From Clostridia bacterium (lineage in GTDB: Bacteria > Bacillota > Clostridia > Oscillospirales > Acutalibacteraceae), in assembly GCA_017430145.1 (NCBI GenBank), contig JAFRNP010000131.1, positions 8,885 through 72,884 on the forward strand: a DNA stretch of 64,000 nucleotides, in the 5' to 3' direction. The translations under genes were made by a program, and so were the position numbers. This document shows positions 46,673 to 56,391 of this stretch, one piece after another. Each line of letters opens with the position of its first letter. The first letter of the stretch is position 1. The notes beneath the pieces were generated by a model. That model searched no databases. It was not told where the DNA came from and worked only from the letters and a program-made list of their open reading frames with translations.

Positions 46673-47955
46673 TACTCGTCCACGCGGATATCCACCGTAT
46701 ACTCACCCTTGACCCAGCTGTTCGTTAGCGTGCGAAGGACGATCTTTACGGGTACGGTATTTACGCCCGGCTTCCAGTTGACGCCGTCAACGACAGGGAC
46801 CGCATACCCTTCTGAATCCTCCACGTTCATGACCGTTTTTTCCGGCCCGATCAGTTGAATGGAAGAAAGCGTAGAAGAAACGAGCGACGCGTTTTCGGGA
46901 AGCTTGACGCCGTCCGTATTGACGTTGACGGTCAGCCAGCGTTTTGCCATATTTGACATATCGACATGGACCGTGAACCGGGTCACGCCCTCCGCTTCGT
47001 AACCGAGATCCGCCGCGTCAAAGGTAAAAACATTGTCTTCATTATTGAGCTTCGAAAAATCAATGCTGCCGACGCTGATCTCCTTGCTGCGTCTGATGGT
47101 TTCATCCGCAGTGGAAGACGTCAGTTTGATGTTTGCGGGATATACTGTATAGTCAAAACCGCCGTCTCTGTAATCTTTCGGGACATTGGTAAAAGTAACG
47201 ACCGTTTTATAAGTGCCGGTGTAACTGATCGGGATCGTCACGTAGATCGGATCGGCGTTGACGATCTCCACATTTTCAGGCGTGATGATCTCTTCCCCGT
47301 CGTAATACACGAGTTTCGCTTCCGTTTTGACGTCCGCAGTCAGTTCGCTGTTAAGATCCACAACGGCATGGATCGCCGTAATTCTTTTCATTTCCTGCGC
47401 CGGGCCGGTCAGAGAGACCGAGGGCGAACTGAGCGTCGCCTCCCCGCGCGTATACCCTTCCGGCAGATGATACTTATCGCCTTCAACGATCTCCTCTACC
47501 AGCGGGAAGGTCCGCTCGACAATTTCGTCAAACGATACCGTAATGGTGTTCCTTGACTGGGACAGAACGGTCACGGAGTTGGCGTTGACGTTGACGTTGA
47601 CCGGCAGATTATAAGTGCCGGGGGCGCTGACGGACGCAAACGATACGCTTGCGGTGATATTATTTGCGAAATTGGTGTCGTTGAGGATATAGCTCATGCC
47701 GCGGACGGTCACGTCGACGTCAAAGGTCTTATCTCCGAAGATCTGCAGATCCTTGCCGGATTCCAGTTTTCCCTCGTAATTCAGAGGGATCACGATCCCC
47801 TGGAACGTTTTTTCGATCTCTGTCGTCTGGAACATCGTCACAGCGCACCAAATAATGACTGCCATAACAAGGGAAAACAGCAGAACAACGGAGTTTTTCT
47901 GAAAAGATCTTGTCAAAAAGCCTTCTTTTTTGGCTTTATTCTTATTCTTTGCCAT
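46672..47955 (-). CDS. cdaR: CdaR (YbbR-domain regulator of diadenylate cyclase)
   Basis: An N-terminal TM helix, then repeated beta-rich YbbR-like units (…VTVRGM…, …VNVNVNANSVTV…, …VHVDMS…). It lies 14 nt downstream of cdaA with RBS AAGGGAGGGTG. Confidence 0.8.
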   Translation of the reverse strand: MAKNKNKAKKEGFLTRSFQKNSVVLLFSLVMAVIIWCAVTMFQTTEIEKTFQGIVIPLNYEGKLESGKDLQIFGDKTFDVDVTVRGMSYILNDTNFANNITASVSFASVSAPGTYNLPVNVNVNANSVTVLSQSRNTITVSFDEIVERTFPLVEEIVEGDKYHLPEGYTRGEATLSSPSVSLTGPAQEMKRITAIHAVVDLNSELTADVKTEAKLVYYDGEEIITPENVEIVNADPIYVTIPISYTGTYKTVVTFTNVPKDYRDGGFDYTVYPANIKLTSSTADETIRRSKEISVGSIDFSKLNNEDNVFTFDAADLGYEAEGVTRFTVHVDMSNMAKRWLTVNVNTDGVKLPENASLVSSTLSSIQLIGPEKTVMNVEDSEGYAVPVVDGVNWKPGVNTVPVKIVLRTLTNSWVKGEYTVDIRVDE

Positions 47956-47969
47956 TGTCGCACCCTCCC

Positions 47970-48878
47970 TTATTTCCTTTTCGACTGCTGCCGGGCATCC
48001 TTTTTCGCCTGCTTTGCAGCCTTTTTTCTGGCGCCGCGCTCGACGCTGTTCGGAAGAAGATAGGTACCGAGCTGCTCCCTGAGCTCACTGTCGGTAATGC
48101 CGCGGGTCAGCGTCCCGTTGACTGCAATGGAGATGATCCCGGTCTCTTCACTGGTGACCACCGCAACACAGTCGGAATTCAGGCTCGCCTCAAGCGCCGC
48201 ACGGTGTCTCGTACCGACGTTTTCCTGGATCACCCGGTCGTTTTTCATGGGTACGACGCAGCGGGCGGCGATAATGCGCCCGTCCTTGATGATCACCGCG
48301 CCGTCATGCAGGGGGGCTTTCGGATAAAAAATGCTGCAAAGCATTTCGTAACTCGTTTCGGAGTCGATCATAACCGCCTGCTTCATAAGATCGCCCAAAA
48401 GCGTACTGCGCTGGAACAGGATCAGCGAACCGACCTTGTTCCTGCTCATGGCACCGCATGCGCGGGCGACGGCGTTGATCGCATTGATCTCATCCTCATC
48501 CGAATTGCGGTTTAGGAACGGGAGATTTTTTCCGAAGCGGTTTCTGCCGATGCCTTCAAGCGCCTGCCGCAGATCGCCGGAAAACAGGATCACAACGATC
48601 AGGATCGCATCGTTGAACAAGCGGCTGAGAATGTAAGAACTCGCGTGCATATGCAAGACGGAAACGATCCCGTAGATGATCACTAAGAGGATGATCCCCT
48701 TGATGACCTGGATCGACTGGTTTTTTCTGAGCTGGACGATCACCACATAGATCATCACCGCCACAAGAAGGATATCAAGGATATCCGGGAGCAGATTCAT
48801 ATTCAGAAAGACATCCTTCAACCGAAGAAAAATATCCTGAATCGCCGTTGAGAACGTCTGTAACAATTCAGCAAACAT
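47970..48878 (-). CDS. cdaA: Diadenylate cyclase CdaA (c-di-AMP synthase) with Lys-rich C-terminal tail
   Basis: Three N-terminal TM helices. DAC-domain motifs VGSLILFQ, HDGAVII and GTRHRAALEAS. The tail is RGARKKAAKQAKKDARQQSKRK. Confidence 0.88.
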   Translation of the reverse strand: MFAELLQTFSTAIQDIFLRLKDVFLNMNLLPDILDILLVAVMIYVVIVQLRKNQSIQVIKGIILLVIIYGIVSVLHMHASSYILSRLFNDAILIVVILFSGDLRQALEGIGRNRFGKNLPFLNRNSDEDEINAINAVARACGAMSRNKVGSLILFQRSTLLGDLMKQAVMIDSETSYEMLCSIFYPKAPLHDGAVIIKDGRIIAARCVVPMKNDRVIQENVGTRHRAALEASLNSDCVAVVTSEETGIISIAVNGTLTRGITDSELREQLGTYLLPNSVERGARKKAAKQAKKDARQQSKRK

Positions 48879-48921
48879 TATGACACCACCGTTTCTTTCT
48901 TTCCTGAATTTTTTCCGATTT

Positions 48922-48930
48922 ATTGTATCA
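48922..48930 (-). promoter_or_regulatory. Extended -10 element (TGATACAAT) upstream of cdaA
   Basis: The minus strand reads TGATACAAT about 40 nt upstream of the cdaA ATG. There is no convincing -35. Confidence 0.3.
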
Positions 48931-48985
48931 CGAAAACCTAAAATATGCTGTAAAGGGCAGGGCCTTTTTTATTGTTTTTATGGAA

Positions 48986-49471
48986 CTATGATGCATCCGT
49001 CTCTTCGATCAGGGCAACGGCGTGGGCGCTGATCCCCTCCAGCCTGCCGGTAAAACCGAGCCGTTCCTCCGTTGTGGCTTTGACGCTGACGGATGAAACC
49101 GGAACGGCGCAGGCGTCTGCGATATTTGCTCGCATAGAGGAAACGTGCGGCATCAGCTTCGGCTGCTGGGCGACCACCGTCGCGTCCAGATTACAGATCC
49201 GGAACCCTTTCTTTGCAAGAAGCTCGGCAACGCGCCGCAAAAGAAGCAGGCTGTCGGCGCCGCTGTAAGCAGGGTCCGTATCCGGAAAATGCTGCCCGAT
49301 ATCGCCCAGCGCCGCAGCGCCCAGAAGCGCATCCGCGATCGCGTGGAGAAGCACGTCAGCGTCTGAATGTCCGTCCAGCCCGTACTGATAATCGATTTTT
49401 ACACCGCCAAGGATCAGGGCCCTGCCTTCGGCAAAGCGATGTACGTCATATCCGTGACCTATCCGAAACAT
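48986..49471 (-). CDS. ispF: 2-C-methyl-D-erythritol 2,4-cyclodiphosphate synthase
   Basis: [24 protein letters not shown], and [11 protein letters not shown]. Confidence 0.92.
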   Translation of the reverse strand: MFRIGHGYDVHRFAEGRALILGGVKIDYQYGLDGHSDADVLLHAIADALLGAAALGDIGQHFPDTDPAYSGADSLLLLRRVAELLAKKGFRICNLDATVVAQQPKLMPHVSSMRANIADACAVPVSSVSVKATTEERLGFTGRLEGISAHAVALIEETDAS

Positions 49472-49482
49472 AGAAGCCTCCG

Positions 49483-50766
49483 TCAGCCAACGTCTGCGCC
49501 GAGTTCTTTGCAGGCCGCAAGCTTTACTGCCGCCGCAAGGATCCGCGCCGCCGTGTCAAGTTCTTCGACGCTGGGACAGGAAGGCGCGATCCGGATGTTC
49601 GCGTCCGCCGGATCTTTACCGTAAGGATAGGTCGCGCCGACGCCCGTCAGCGTCAGTCCGCAGGCCTTACACAGCTCACCGACATATTTCGCGGAACCCA
49701 CGTTCACGTCAAGACTGATAAAATACCCGCCGCGCGGAGAATTGAAGGACGCGATACCGCAGCCGTCCAGCTCCGCATGCAGCACATTCAGGACCGCTTC
49801 GAATTTCGGACGGAGAATGGCGGCGTGCTTTTTCATCTGCGCACGGATCTCCGTGAGCGACGGATAGAGCTTGCAGTGCCGAAGCTGGTTTAGCTTGTCG
49901 TAGCTGATGATCTGCACCGTCATGCGCGCCTTGATGTCGCTGAAGTTGGCGTCGCTTGCCGCGATCGCCGCTACGCCTGCGCCGGCAAACGTGATCTTAG
50001 AAGTGGAGGCAAACGCAACGAACCGGTCTTCGGTCCCGTATTCCTTCGCGATCTCAAAGACGTTTGCGAGCTCGTCGCCCTCCTCATAAAGATCGTGGAC
50101 AACATACGCTTCATCCCAGATGACCCGGAAGTCCGCGGCTCCCGTCTGCATGGCGGCAAGCCGCCGCACCGTATTTTCGGAATAGGTGATCCCGTCAGGA
50201 TTCGAGTATTTCGGAACGCAGAACATGCCCTTAACGGAAGGGTCTTTTACAACTTCTTCCAGAAGGTCCATATCGGGACCGTCCGGCGTCATAGGAACGC
50301 TGATCATTTCAAGCCCGAAATGCTCCGCGATCGCAAAGTGCCGGTCATAACCGGGGACCACGGCGACAAATTTCGGAGCCTCCGTTTTGCTCCACGGCGA
50401 ACTGCCGAGCGCCCCGTGAGAACAGCACTGAGAGATATAATCATACATCAGGTTCAGGCTCGAGGACCCGCAGACGATCACGTTGTCCGCCGGCACGCCG
50501 AAAATCTCCCCGAACAGCCGCCTTGCCTCCGGAATGCCGCACAGCCCGCCGTAATTGCGAACGTCGCTGCCGTCCTCCGCCTTGAAGCCGGTATCCGCCT
50601 TCGTAAGGTTCATCAGCGGATCCGAAAGATCCAGCTGCGGCGCAGCGGGACGTCCCCGCGCCATATTGATGGAGATCCCCTGCCGGAGATATGCGTCATA
50701 AATATCTCTCGCTTTGGCTGCTTGTGCGCACAGCTCTTCCTTTGTCATTTCCGTAAATAACTGCAT
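49483..50766 (-). CDS. PLP-dependent aminotransferase (fold type I)
   Basis: About 427 aa. The PLP-Lys context is [14 protein letters not shown]; [15 protein letters not shown] lies at the N-terminus. The subfamily is not assignable by eye. Confidence 0.7.
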   Translation of the reverse strand: MQLFTEMTKEELCAQAAKARDIYDAYLRQGISINMARGRPAAPQLDLSDPLMNLTKADTGFKAEDGSDVRNYGGLCGIPEARRLFGEIFGVPADNVIVCGSSSLNLMYDYISQCCSHGALGSSPWSKTEAPKFVAVVPGYDRHFAIAEHFGLEMISVPMTPDGPDMDLLEEVVKDPSVKGMFCVPKYSNPDGITYSENTVRRLAAMQTGAADFRVIWDEAYVVHDLYEEGDELANVFEIAKEYGTEDRFVAFASTSKITFAGAGVAAIAASDANFSDIKARMTVQIISYDKLNQLRHCKLYPSLTEIRAQMKKHAAILRPKFEAVLNVLHAELDGCGIASFNSPRGGYFISLDVNVGSAKYVGELCKACGLTLTGVGATYPYGKDPADANIRIAPSCPSVEELDTAARILAAAVKLAACKELGADVG

Positions 50767-50807
50767 TCCGTTTACGCTCCCCTTCCTGCTCAGAAATATA
50801 CTTAATT

Positions 50808-50836
50808 ATTTTATCATACTTTTAATATAGATGCAA
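50808..50836 (-). promoter_or_regulatory. Sigma-A-type promoter candidate for the aminotransferase gene
   Basis: Minus strand: TTGCAT (50831-50836), 17 nt spacer, TAAAAT (50808-50813). Confidence 0.4.
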
Positions 50837-50890
50837 CTGTTTTTTATAAAAATATTTTAGATTATATAAAAGGCCGCAATCAACATTCAG

Positions 50891-50930
50891 AAAAAAACAA
50901 ATCGGGAATCGGCCGCAACCGGTTCCCGAT
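50891..50930 (-). terminator. Rho-independent terminator of der
   Basis: ATCGGGAA (50901-50908) pairs with TTCCCGAT (50923-50930). On the minus strand the hairpin is followed by TTGTTTTTTT. Confidence 0.7.
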
Positions 50931-50946
50931 GGGAAACACATATAAA

Positions 50947-52263
50947 TCATTCACGTTCCCGTATAATATACCGCGTGGGCGTCCCTTCCAGTCCGAACAC
51001 CTCACGGATCTGGTTGTCGATATAACGCTGGTAACTGTAATGGAACAGATCCTTTTTGTTCACAAAGATCACAAACGTCGGCGGACGGGTGGAGGCCTGC
51101 GTGATATAAAAGATCTTAAGCCTTTTCCCTTTGTCGGTCGGCGGCTGGACCCGTGCCTGCGCGTCTGCAAGCACCTGGTTCAACCTGCCGGTGGGGATAC
51201 GCGTTGCGTTCTGATCGTCAACGAACCGGATCAGCTCATACAGACGTTCCAGACGCTGACCGGTTTTTGCAGAAATGAAGATGATCGGCGCATAGGACAT
51301 GAACGAAAAATCATCCATCAGCTTTTTACGGTAGCCGTCCATGGTTTTTCCGTCTTTTTCATATGCGTCCCATTTGTTGACGGCGATGATACAGGCCTTT
51401 CCCGCTTCATGCGCAATCCCGGCGACCTTGGAATCCTGCTCCGTAAAACCTTCAAGCGCGTCGATCATGATCACACAGACGTTCGCGCGTTCCACCGCCG
51501 AAACGGCGCGCAGGACGCTGTATTTTTCGATCTGGTCGTCAACCTTGGATTTTCGACGCAAGCCGGCGGTGTCGATAAAAACGAACTTGCCGTGCGCATT
51601 CTCCACATAGGTATCCGTCGCGTCACGCGTCGTACCGGCAATATCGGAGACAAGCGTACGTTCCTCCCCGCAAAGGGCGTTGACAAGTGAAGATTTGCCG
51701 ACGTTGGGCTTACCGATGATCGCAACGTGGATCCTGTCGTCGGTATCCTCCTCGGCGTCATTATCAGGGAGAAATGCAACCACCGCATCCAGCAGATCGC
51801 CGGTGCCGTGCCCGTGGATCGAAGAGACGGGGATCGGATCGCCGAGCCCCAGATTATAGAATTCATAGAATTCCATGGGCGTCTCGCCCACGCCGTCGCA
51901 CTTGTTGACACATAGAATGATCGGCTTGCCGCTTTTAAGCAGAATCGAAGCGACCTCCTCATCGGCGGCAACGATACCGCTTTTCAGGTCCACCATAAAA
52001 ATGATCGCATCGGCGCTGTCGATCGCAGCCTGCGCCTGTCGGCGCATCTGCGAAAGGATCACGTCGTCCGAATAGGGTTCGATGCCCCCGGTGTCCACGA
52101 GCATAAAACTGCGTCCCAGCCATTCACAATCGGCATAGATCCGGTCGCGCGTAACGCCGGGACGGTCGTCTACGATCGCAAGACGTTTGCCGCATAATTT
52201 GTTGAACAAGGTCGATTTGCCGACATTGGGCCTGCCGACGATCGCCACAATGGATTTCGCCAT
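50947..52263 (-). CDS. der: Ribosome-associated GTPase Der/EngA
   Basis: Two G-domains (GRPNVGKST and GKPNVGKSS) and a KH-like C-terminus. Confidence 0.92.
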   Translation of the reverse strand: MAKSIVAIVGRPNVGKSTLFNKLCGKRLAIVDDRPGVTRDRIYADCEWLGRSFMLVDTGGIEPYSDDVILSQMRRQAQAAIDSADAIIFMVDLKSGIVAADEEVASILLKSGKPIILCVNKCDGVGETPMEFYEFYNLGLGDPIPVSSIHGHGTGDLLDAVVAFLPDNDAEEDTDDRIHVAIIGKPNVGKSSLVNALCGEERTLVSDIAGTTRDATDTYVENAHGKFVFIDTAGLRRKSKVDDQIEKYSVLRAVSAVERANVCVIMIDALEGFTEQDSKVAGIAHEAGKACIIAVNKWDAYEKDGKTMDGYRKKLMDDFSFMSYAPIIFISAKTGQRLERLYELIRFVDDQNATRIPTGRLNQVLADAQARVQPPTDKGKRLKIFYITQASTRPPTFVIFVNKKDLFHYSYQRYIDNQIREVFGLEGTPTRYIIRERE

Positions 52264-52299
52264 ACTATCCTCCGTCCGAAGAACCGGACCTGTAATAAT

Positions 52300-53619
52300 T
52301 TACGATGTTACAGATTCAAAGAAAACGTCAAAAAGCCCCTCACCGCTGCAGTCCACGATCCGGATCTCGGCGTTAAGCGCCCGCGCCGCGTCTTCTTCGG
52401 TCACATCGTCCAGAAAGATCCGTTCCTGCCGGGATTTGAACATCACGTCCGGCAGCAGCAGAAGCCCTCCGGAAAAACCCTGCGCCAGCAGCCCGTCGAT
52501 CACGTCCCTGCCGGTCAGAAGCCCGGCCACCGTAACATGCTCGCCGAAAAACCTGTTTTCAATCTCATACACCGTGATCTTCGCGCCGGGATATTTTTCG
52601 CAGAAAGCCTGCGCGAGGGAACGCATCAACGCTGCGGCCGCGCGTCCGGTCGCCAGAGAAAACACTCTTTTTTCACTATCCGGCACGGCGTCCGTGAGCG
52701 CATCCGTAAAAACATCCCGCGTCAGCGTCAGCATGCCGACGCCGTTTTCAAGCTGCGGATAATCGCCGTAATACGCCGGTCCCGGCAGCTCTCTGCCGCA
52801 GATCTGAAAGAATTCGTCCGACGGGTAGGCAAGGCTGCCCTTGCCCTCTGTTATTCTTTGGGCGTTGAACGCATCGATCCTGTCAATGACCGCAGCCGCC
52901 TCAGCGGAAGTAAACGGACGAAGCGGGCACAGACCGTCCCTGTATCTCGTAATGCCGACCGGAACAGCTGCAATGCTCTGCACGCCTTCAAGAAGCGCAA
53001 GCTGCGAGAGCGAAAACGAGAGCGCTTCGCCGTCGTTGACGCCGGGGCAAAGCACAAGCTGCGCGTTGATCGCGATACCGGCGTCCGAAAAGCGGCGCAG
53101 CAGCGAAAGCGACGTTCCCGCAGCAGGATTTTTCATCATCTGCACGCGCAGCTCCGGATCCATCGTATGGACCGAGGCGTTTATAGGGCTGATATGCATG
53201 CTGATGATCCGCTCCACGTCATGCTCCGTCAGATTCGTCAGCGTAATATAATTCCCGAATAAAAACGAAAGACGGGAATCGTCGTCTTTAAAATATAAGG
53301 AATCCCGCATACCGGGCGGGAGCTGGTCAATAAAACAAAAAATGCATTTGTTTTTGCAGCTTCTGTGCCTGTCCATCAGATAGGTCTCAAACTGCAGTCC
53401 CAGCGCGTCGGGATCTTCGTCGCCGCGGATACGACAGTGTTTGATCGCGCCTTTCCGGTTCTGAAATGCAAGCGTCAGCTTTTCTTCCCGCGTGTAAAAA
53501 CGGTAATCCAGCACGTCGTTGATCTCGTTACCGTTGACAGACAGCAGAATATCGCCGGCGCGCATTCCTTTCCTGGCGCAGCGTGATCCTTTTATGACGT
53601 CAAAAACCGTTACCGCCAC
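52300..53619 (-). CDS. DUF512 protein (PDZ + radical-SAM-like + DUF512)
   Basis: PDZ-like N-terminus GMRAGDILLSVNGNEI; cluster motif CKNKCIFC. It lies in the conserved position upstream of der. GTG start with GGGAGAGGGA upstream. Confidence 0.8.
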   Translation of the reverse strand: MAVTVFDVIKGSRCARKGMRAGDILLSVNGNEINDVLDYRFYTREEKLTLAFQNRKGAIKHCRIRGDEDPDALGLQFETYLMDRHRSCKNKCIFCFIDQLPPGMRDSLYFKDDDSRLSFLFGNYITLTNLTEHDVERIISMHISPINASVHTMDPELRVQMMKNPAAGTSLSLLRRFSDAGIAINAQLVLCPGVNDGEALSFSLSQLALLEGVQSIAAVPVGITRYRDGLCPLRPFTSAEAAAVIDRIDAFNAQRITEGKGSLAYPSDEFFQICGRELPGPAYYGDYPQLENGVGMLTLTRDVFTDALTDAVPDSEKRVFSLATGRAAAALMRSLAQAFCEKYPGAKITVYEIENRFFGEHVTVAGLLTGRDVIDGLLAQGFSGGLLLLPDVMFKSRQERIFLDDVTEEDAARALNAEIRIVDCSGEGLFDVFFESVTS

Positions 53620-53651
53620 TTTGTTCCCTCTCCCGAACCGGATGATACAGC

Positions 53652-53681
53652 AAAAAGGCGGGAAGGAAAAACCTCTCCGCC
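53652..53681 (-). terminator. Rho-independent terminator of yceD-rpmF
   Basis: The minus strand reads GGCGGAGAGG-TTTTT-CCTTCCCGCC (2-nt internal mismatch), followed by TTTTT. Confidence 0.6.
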
Positions 53682-53722
53682 TGAAATGCCGGCTGTTATG
53701 TTCCCTTTACAGAATGGAGCGA

Positions 53723-53905
53723 TCAGTCTTCTACCGTAATCACCTGACGGCCGTTGTAATAACCACAGGCCTTGCAAAGTCTGTGGGACTGCTTGAATTC
53801 GCCGCACTGCGGGCATCTTTCGATGGCGGGAGCAGAGATTTTCCAGAGATTGTTGCGTCTCTTATCTCTTCTTGCCTTGGAAACTCTTCTTGCAGGTACT
53901 GCCAT
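53723..53905 (-). CDS. rpmF: 50S ribosomal protein L32
   Basis: MAVPARRVSKARRDKRR...CPQCGEFKQSHRLCKACGYY. Confidence 0.92.
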   Translation of the reverse strand: MAVPARRVSKARRDKRRNNLWKISAPAIERCPQCGEFKQSHRLCKACGYYNGRQVITVED

Positions 53906-53923
53906 TGTATTTTCCTCCTATTG

Positions 53924-54403
53924 TTACTCGTTCATTAAACTTCTCAGCACGTCAAACCGGGGATCTCCGGGCGCTTTACAAGCGCAGGTCGTCGTATTCA
54001 GATCCGCGCCGCAGTACGGACACAATCCCTTGCAGTCCTCGCTGCACAAAAAACGTGAGGGCATGGCAAGGAAGATATCTTCCGCCGTTAGCGCGTCAAG
54101 ATCCAGCTGCGCCCCGTCCACAACGATATACTCGTCGCTGTCCTCTTCATTCTCATGGGTGATCAGCACATGAGAGACCGGGACCGTGACGGTTTTCCGG
54201 ATCGGGGAAGAACATCTTGCACATTCGGCAACAAGCGTATAATCCGCCGTGGCCTCAAGATGGACGATCCCCGTTTTGTTGTAAACAGAGCCGACGACCC
54301 TGACAGGACTGCCGATCAAAGGATCCTCCAATGCAAAACTGTAATCAAAAGGAAGCGAACCGTCCGTCTGCTGAAAAACAGGTTCCAGGGACAGAATCAT
54401 CAA
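53924..54403 (-). CDS. yceD: YceD/DUF177 family protein
   Basis: It lies in the conserved position upstream of rpmF. The C-terminal motif is CSEDCKGLCPYCGADLN...C.C. Confidence 0.85.
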   Translation of the reverse strand: MMILSLEPVFQQTDGSLPFDYSFALEDPLIGSPVRVVGSVYNKTGIVHLEATADYTLVAECARCSSPIRKTVTVPVSHVLITHENEEDSDEYIVVDGAQLDLDALTAEDIFLAMPSRFLCSEDCKGLCPYCGADLNTTTCACKAPGDPRFDVLRSLMNE

Positions 54404-54447
54404 AATCCCCCCTTACTTACGCGCATTTGAGAATACAAACAAAAGAT

Positions 54448-54476
54448 ATTATAATAATAAAACCGGCGTTTGTCAA
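54448..54476 (-). promoter_or_regulatory. Consensus sigma-A promoter for yceD-rpmF
   Basis: Minus strand: TTGACA (54471-54476), 17 nt spacer, TATAAT (54448-54453). Both hexamers are perfect. Confidence 0.6.
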
Positions 54477-54525
54477 GAAAAAAATTCGGAAATATCTGAC
54501 TTTTCTCTTTTCGGGCTGCGGTCAA

Positions 54526-54942
54526 TTATTCGATCGTGCAGATCTTAAAGATCTTCTCCGGCAGCTTTTCCGTCGCCGTGGAGATCGTAAAGGTAAAGAC
54601 CGTACCGGTCAGATCGCTCAGACGGGAGATCTTTTCAAGGAATTTTGCAAGCTCCTCATAATCTCTGCCGCCGATCTTCAGCGTCGCGTCCACAAGGATA
54701 TCCGTGATATCATGGTCGCCCGCGCACAGCCCGCTTAAGAACCCGTAAAAGGTCTCGTAGCCGCTGATCCCATAGTTGGAAGCAGCGATCAGGCGCACAC
54801 GGTAGCTGACCTGATACCGGAGAAGGTCGTCCTTCTCCACGCATACCACGTTACCCTTGGAATTTCTGAGAGCGCTGTCCACATATTCGAGCAGCTTCTT
54901 TGTTTTTCCGGAGCCCTTTTCTCCGATCAGAAGTTTAACCAT
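54526..54942 (-). CDS. Minimal (138-aa) P-loop NTPase-like protein, function unknown
   Basis: Walker A GEKGSGKT at residues 7-14. A possible Walker B is NVVCVEKDD. RBS AAGGAAGGGA; the start is 18 nt after the pgi stop. Confidence 0.5.
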   Translation of the reverse strand: MVKLLIGEKGSGKTKKLLEYVDSALRNSKGNVVCVEKDDLLRYQVSYRVRLIAASNYGISGYETFYGFLSGLCAGDHDITDILVDATLKIGGRDYEELAKFLEKISRLSDLTGTVFTFTISTATEKLPEKIFKICTIE

Positions 54943-54960
54943 TTTTAATCCCTTCCTTTA

Positions 54961-56307
54961 TTATTCTTCGATTCTTTTCAGGAGCTGAGCGGTCATGTCC
55001 TCATAACCGGGTTTTCCCAGCAGCGCAAACATATTCTTTTTATAGCTTTCGACGCCCGGCTGGTCAAAGGGGTTCACCCCAAGCAGATAGCCGGAAACGG
55101 CGCACGCTTTTTCAAGGAAGTAGAACAGCTCTCCGAGCGTAAAGGCGTCCATCGTATCCGCCTCGAGCACGATATTCGGCACGCCGCCGTCGGTATGGGC
55201 GATCACCGTCGCCTCAAACGCCTTACGGTTAACGTACGACAGCGGCTTTCCTGCGAGGAAATTCAGGCCGTCCGCGTTTTTGCCGTCTTCTTCGATCATA
55301 AGATCCGTTTTCGGACGCGCAAAGGTCACGACCGTTTCAAACAGGATCCGTTCACCCTGCTGCACATACTGCCCCAAAGAATGCAGATCCGTTGAATAGA
55401 TCGCCGACGCGGGATAGATCCCTTTGCCGTCCTTGCCTTCGCTTTCACCGAAAAGCTGCTTGAACCATTCGTTCATCAAGGTATAATCGGGCTCATACGC
55501 CACCATCATCTCAACCTTTTTGCCTGCGCGGTAGAGAAGGTTGCGGATCGCCGCATACTGATAGCAGGGGTTCTCTTTCAGGGACGTCGACGTATACCGA
55601 CGCATCGCATCCGCGGCGCCGCTCATCAGCGCGTCGATATCGATCCCAGCGGCAGCGATCGGCAAAAGTCCCACCGCCGTCAGCACGGAATATCTGCCGC
55701 CCACGTCGTCCGGGACGACGAACTGCCGGTACCCTTCCTCGTCAGACAGCGCCTTCAACGTGCCGTGCGCCCGGTCTGTGGTCACATAGATCCGTCCGAC
55801 GGCCTCGGCTTTGTCATATTTCGCTTCCAACAGTTTTTTGAATACGCGGAAAGCGATGGCAGGCTCTGTCGTGGTGCCGGACTTGGAGATGACGTTGACA
55901 GAAAAATCACAGGTCTTACAGATCGCAAGGACCTCGTTGATCTCCGTAGGGGAAATGCTGTTGCCGAGGAAGAAGATCTTCGTCTTCGTTCCGGGCAGCA
56001 GATTATAGTTTTTGGAAGTCACGAATTCGATCGCGGCGCGGGCGCCGAGATAGGAACCGCCGATCCCGATCACGACCAGAACGTCGGAATCCTCGCGGAT
56101 CTTTGCCGCCGCCGCCTTGATCCTTGAAAATTCTTCCTTATCATAATCCTCCGGCAGTGTCAGCCAGCCGTGGCGGTCGTTTCCTGCAGCATTCGCCTTG
56201 TTCTCATATAAAAATGAAACAGCTTCGGAAACCTCTTCCTGCATTGAAAAAAGCGCGTCGTCATCAATAAACGTTTTCAGATAATGACGGTTGAGTGAAA
56301 TAGCCAT
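54961..56307 (-). CDS. pgi: Glucose-6-phosphate isomerase
   Basis: Start [10 protein letters not shown]. Motifs [11 protein letters not shown] and [11 protein letters not shown]. About 448 aa, the Firmicute type. Confidence 0.9.
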   Translation of the reverse strand: MAISLNRHYLKTFIDDDALFSMQEEVSEAVSFLYENKANAAGNDRHGWLTLPEDYDKEEFSRIKAAAAKIREDSDVLVVIGIGGSYLGARAAIEFVTSKNYNLLPGTKTKIFFLGNSISPTEINEVLAICKTCDFSVNVISKSGTTTEPAIAFRVFKKLLEAKYDKAEAVGRIYVTTDRAHGTLKALSDEEGYRQFVVPDDVGGRYSVLTAVGLLPIAAAGIDIDALMSGAADAMRRYTSTSLKENPCYQYAAIRNLLYRAGKKVEMMVAYEPDYTLMNEWFKQLFGESEGKDGKGIYPASAIYSTDLHSLGQYVQQGERILFETVVTFARPKTDLMIEEDGKNADGLNFLAGKPLSYVNRKAFEATVIAHTDGGVPNIVLEADTMDAFTLGELFYFLEKACAVSGYLLGVNPFDQPGVESYKKNMFALLGKPGYEDMTAQLLKRIEE

Positions 56308-56391
56308 GCTTTTCTGTTTTCCTCCGATTCCAATGTACATTGTATTGTACAATAAATCACGTTCAAATGCAAGATACATTTTTACGTTTTT

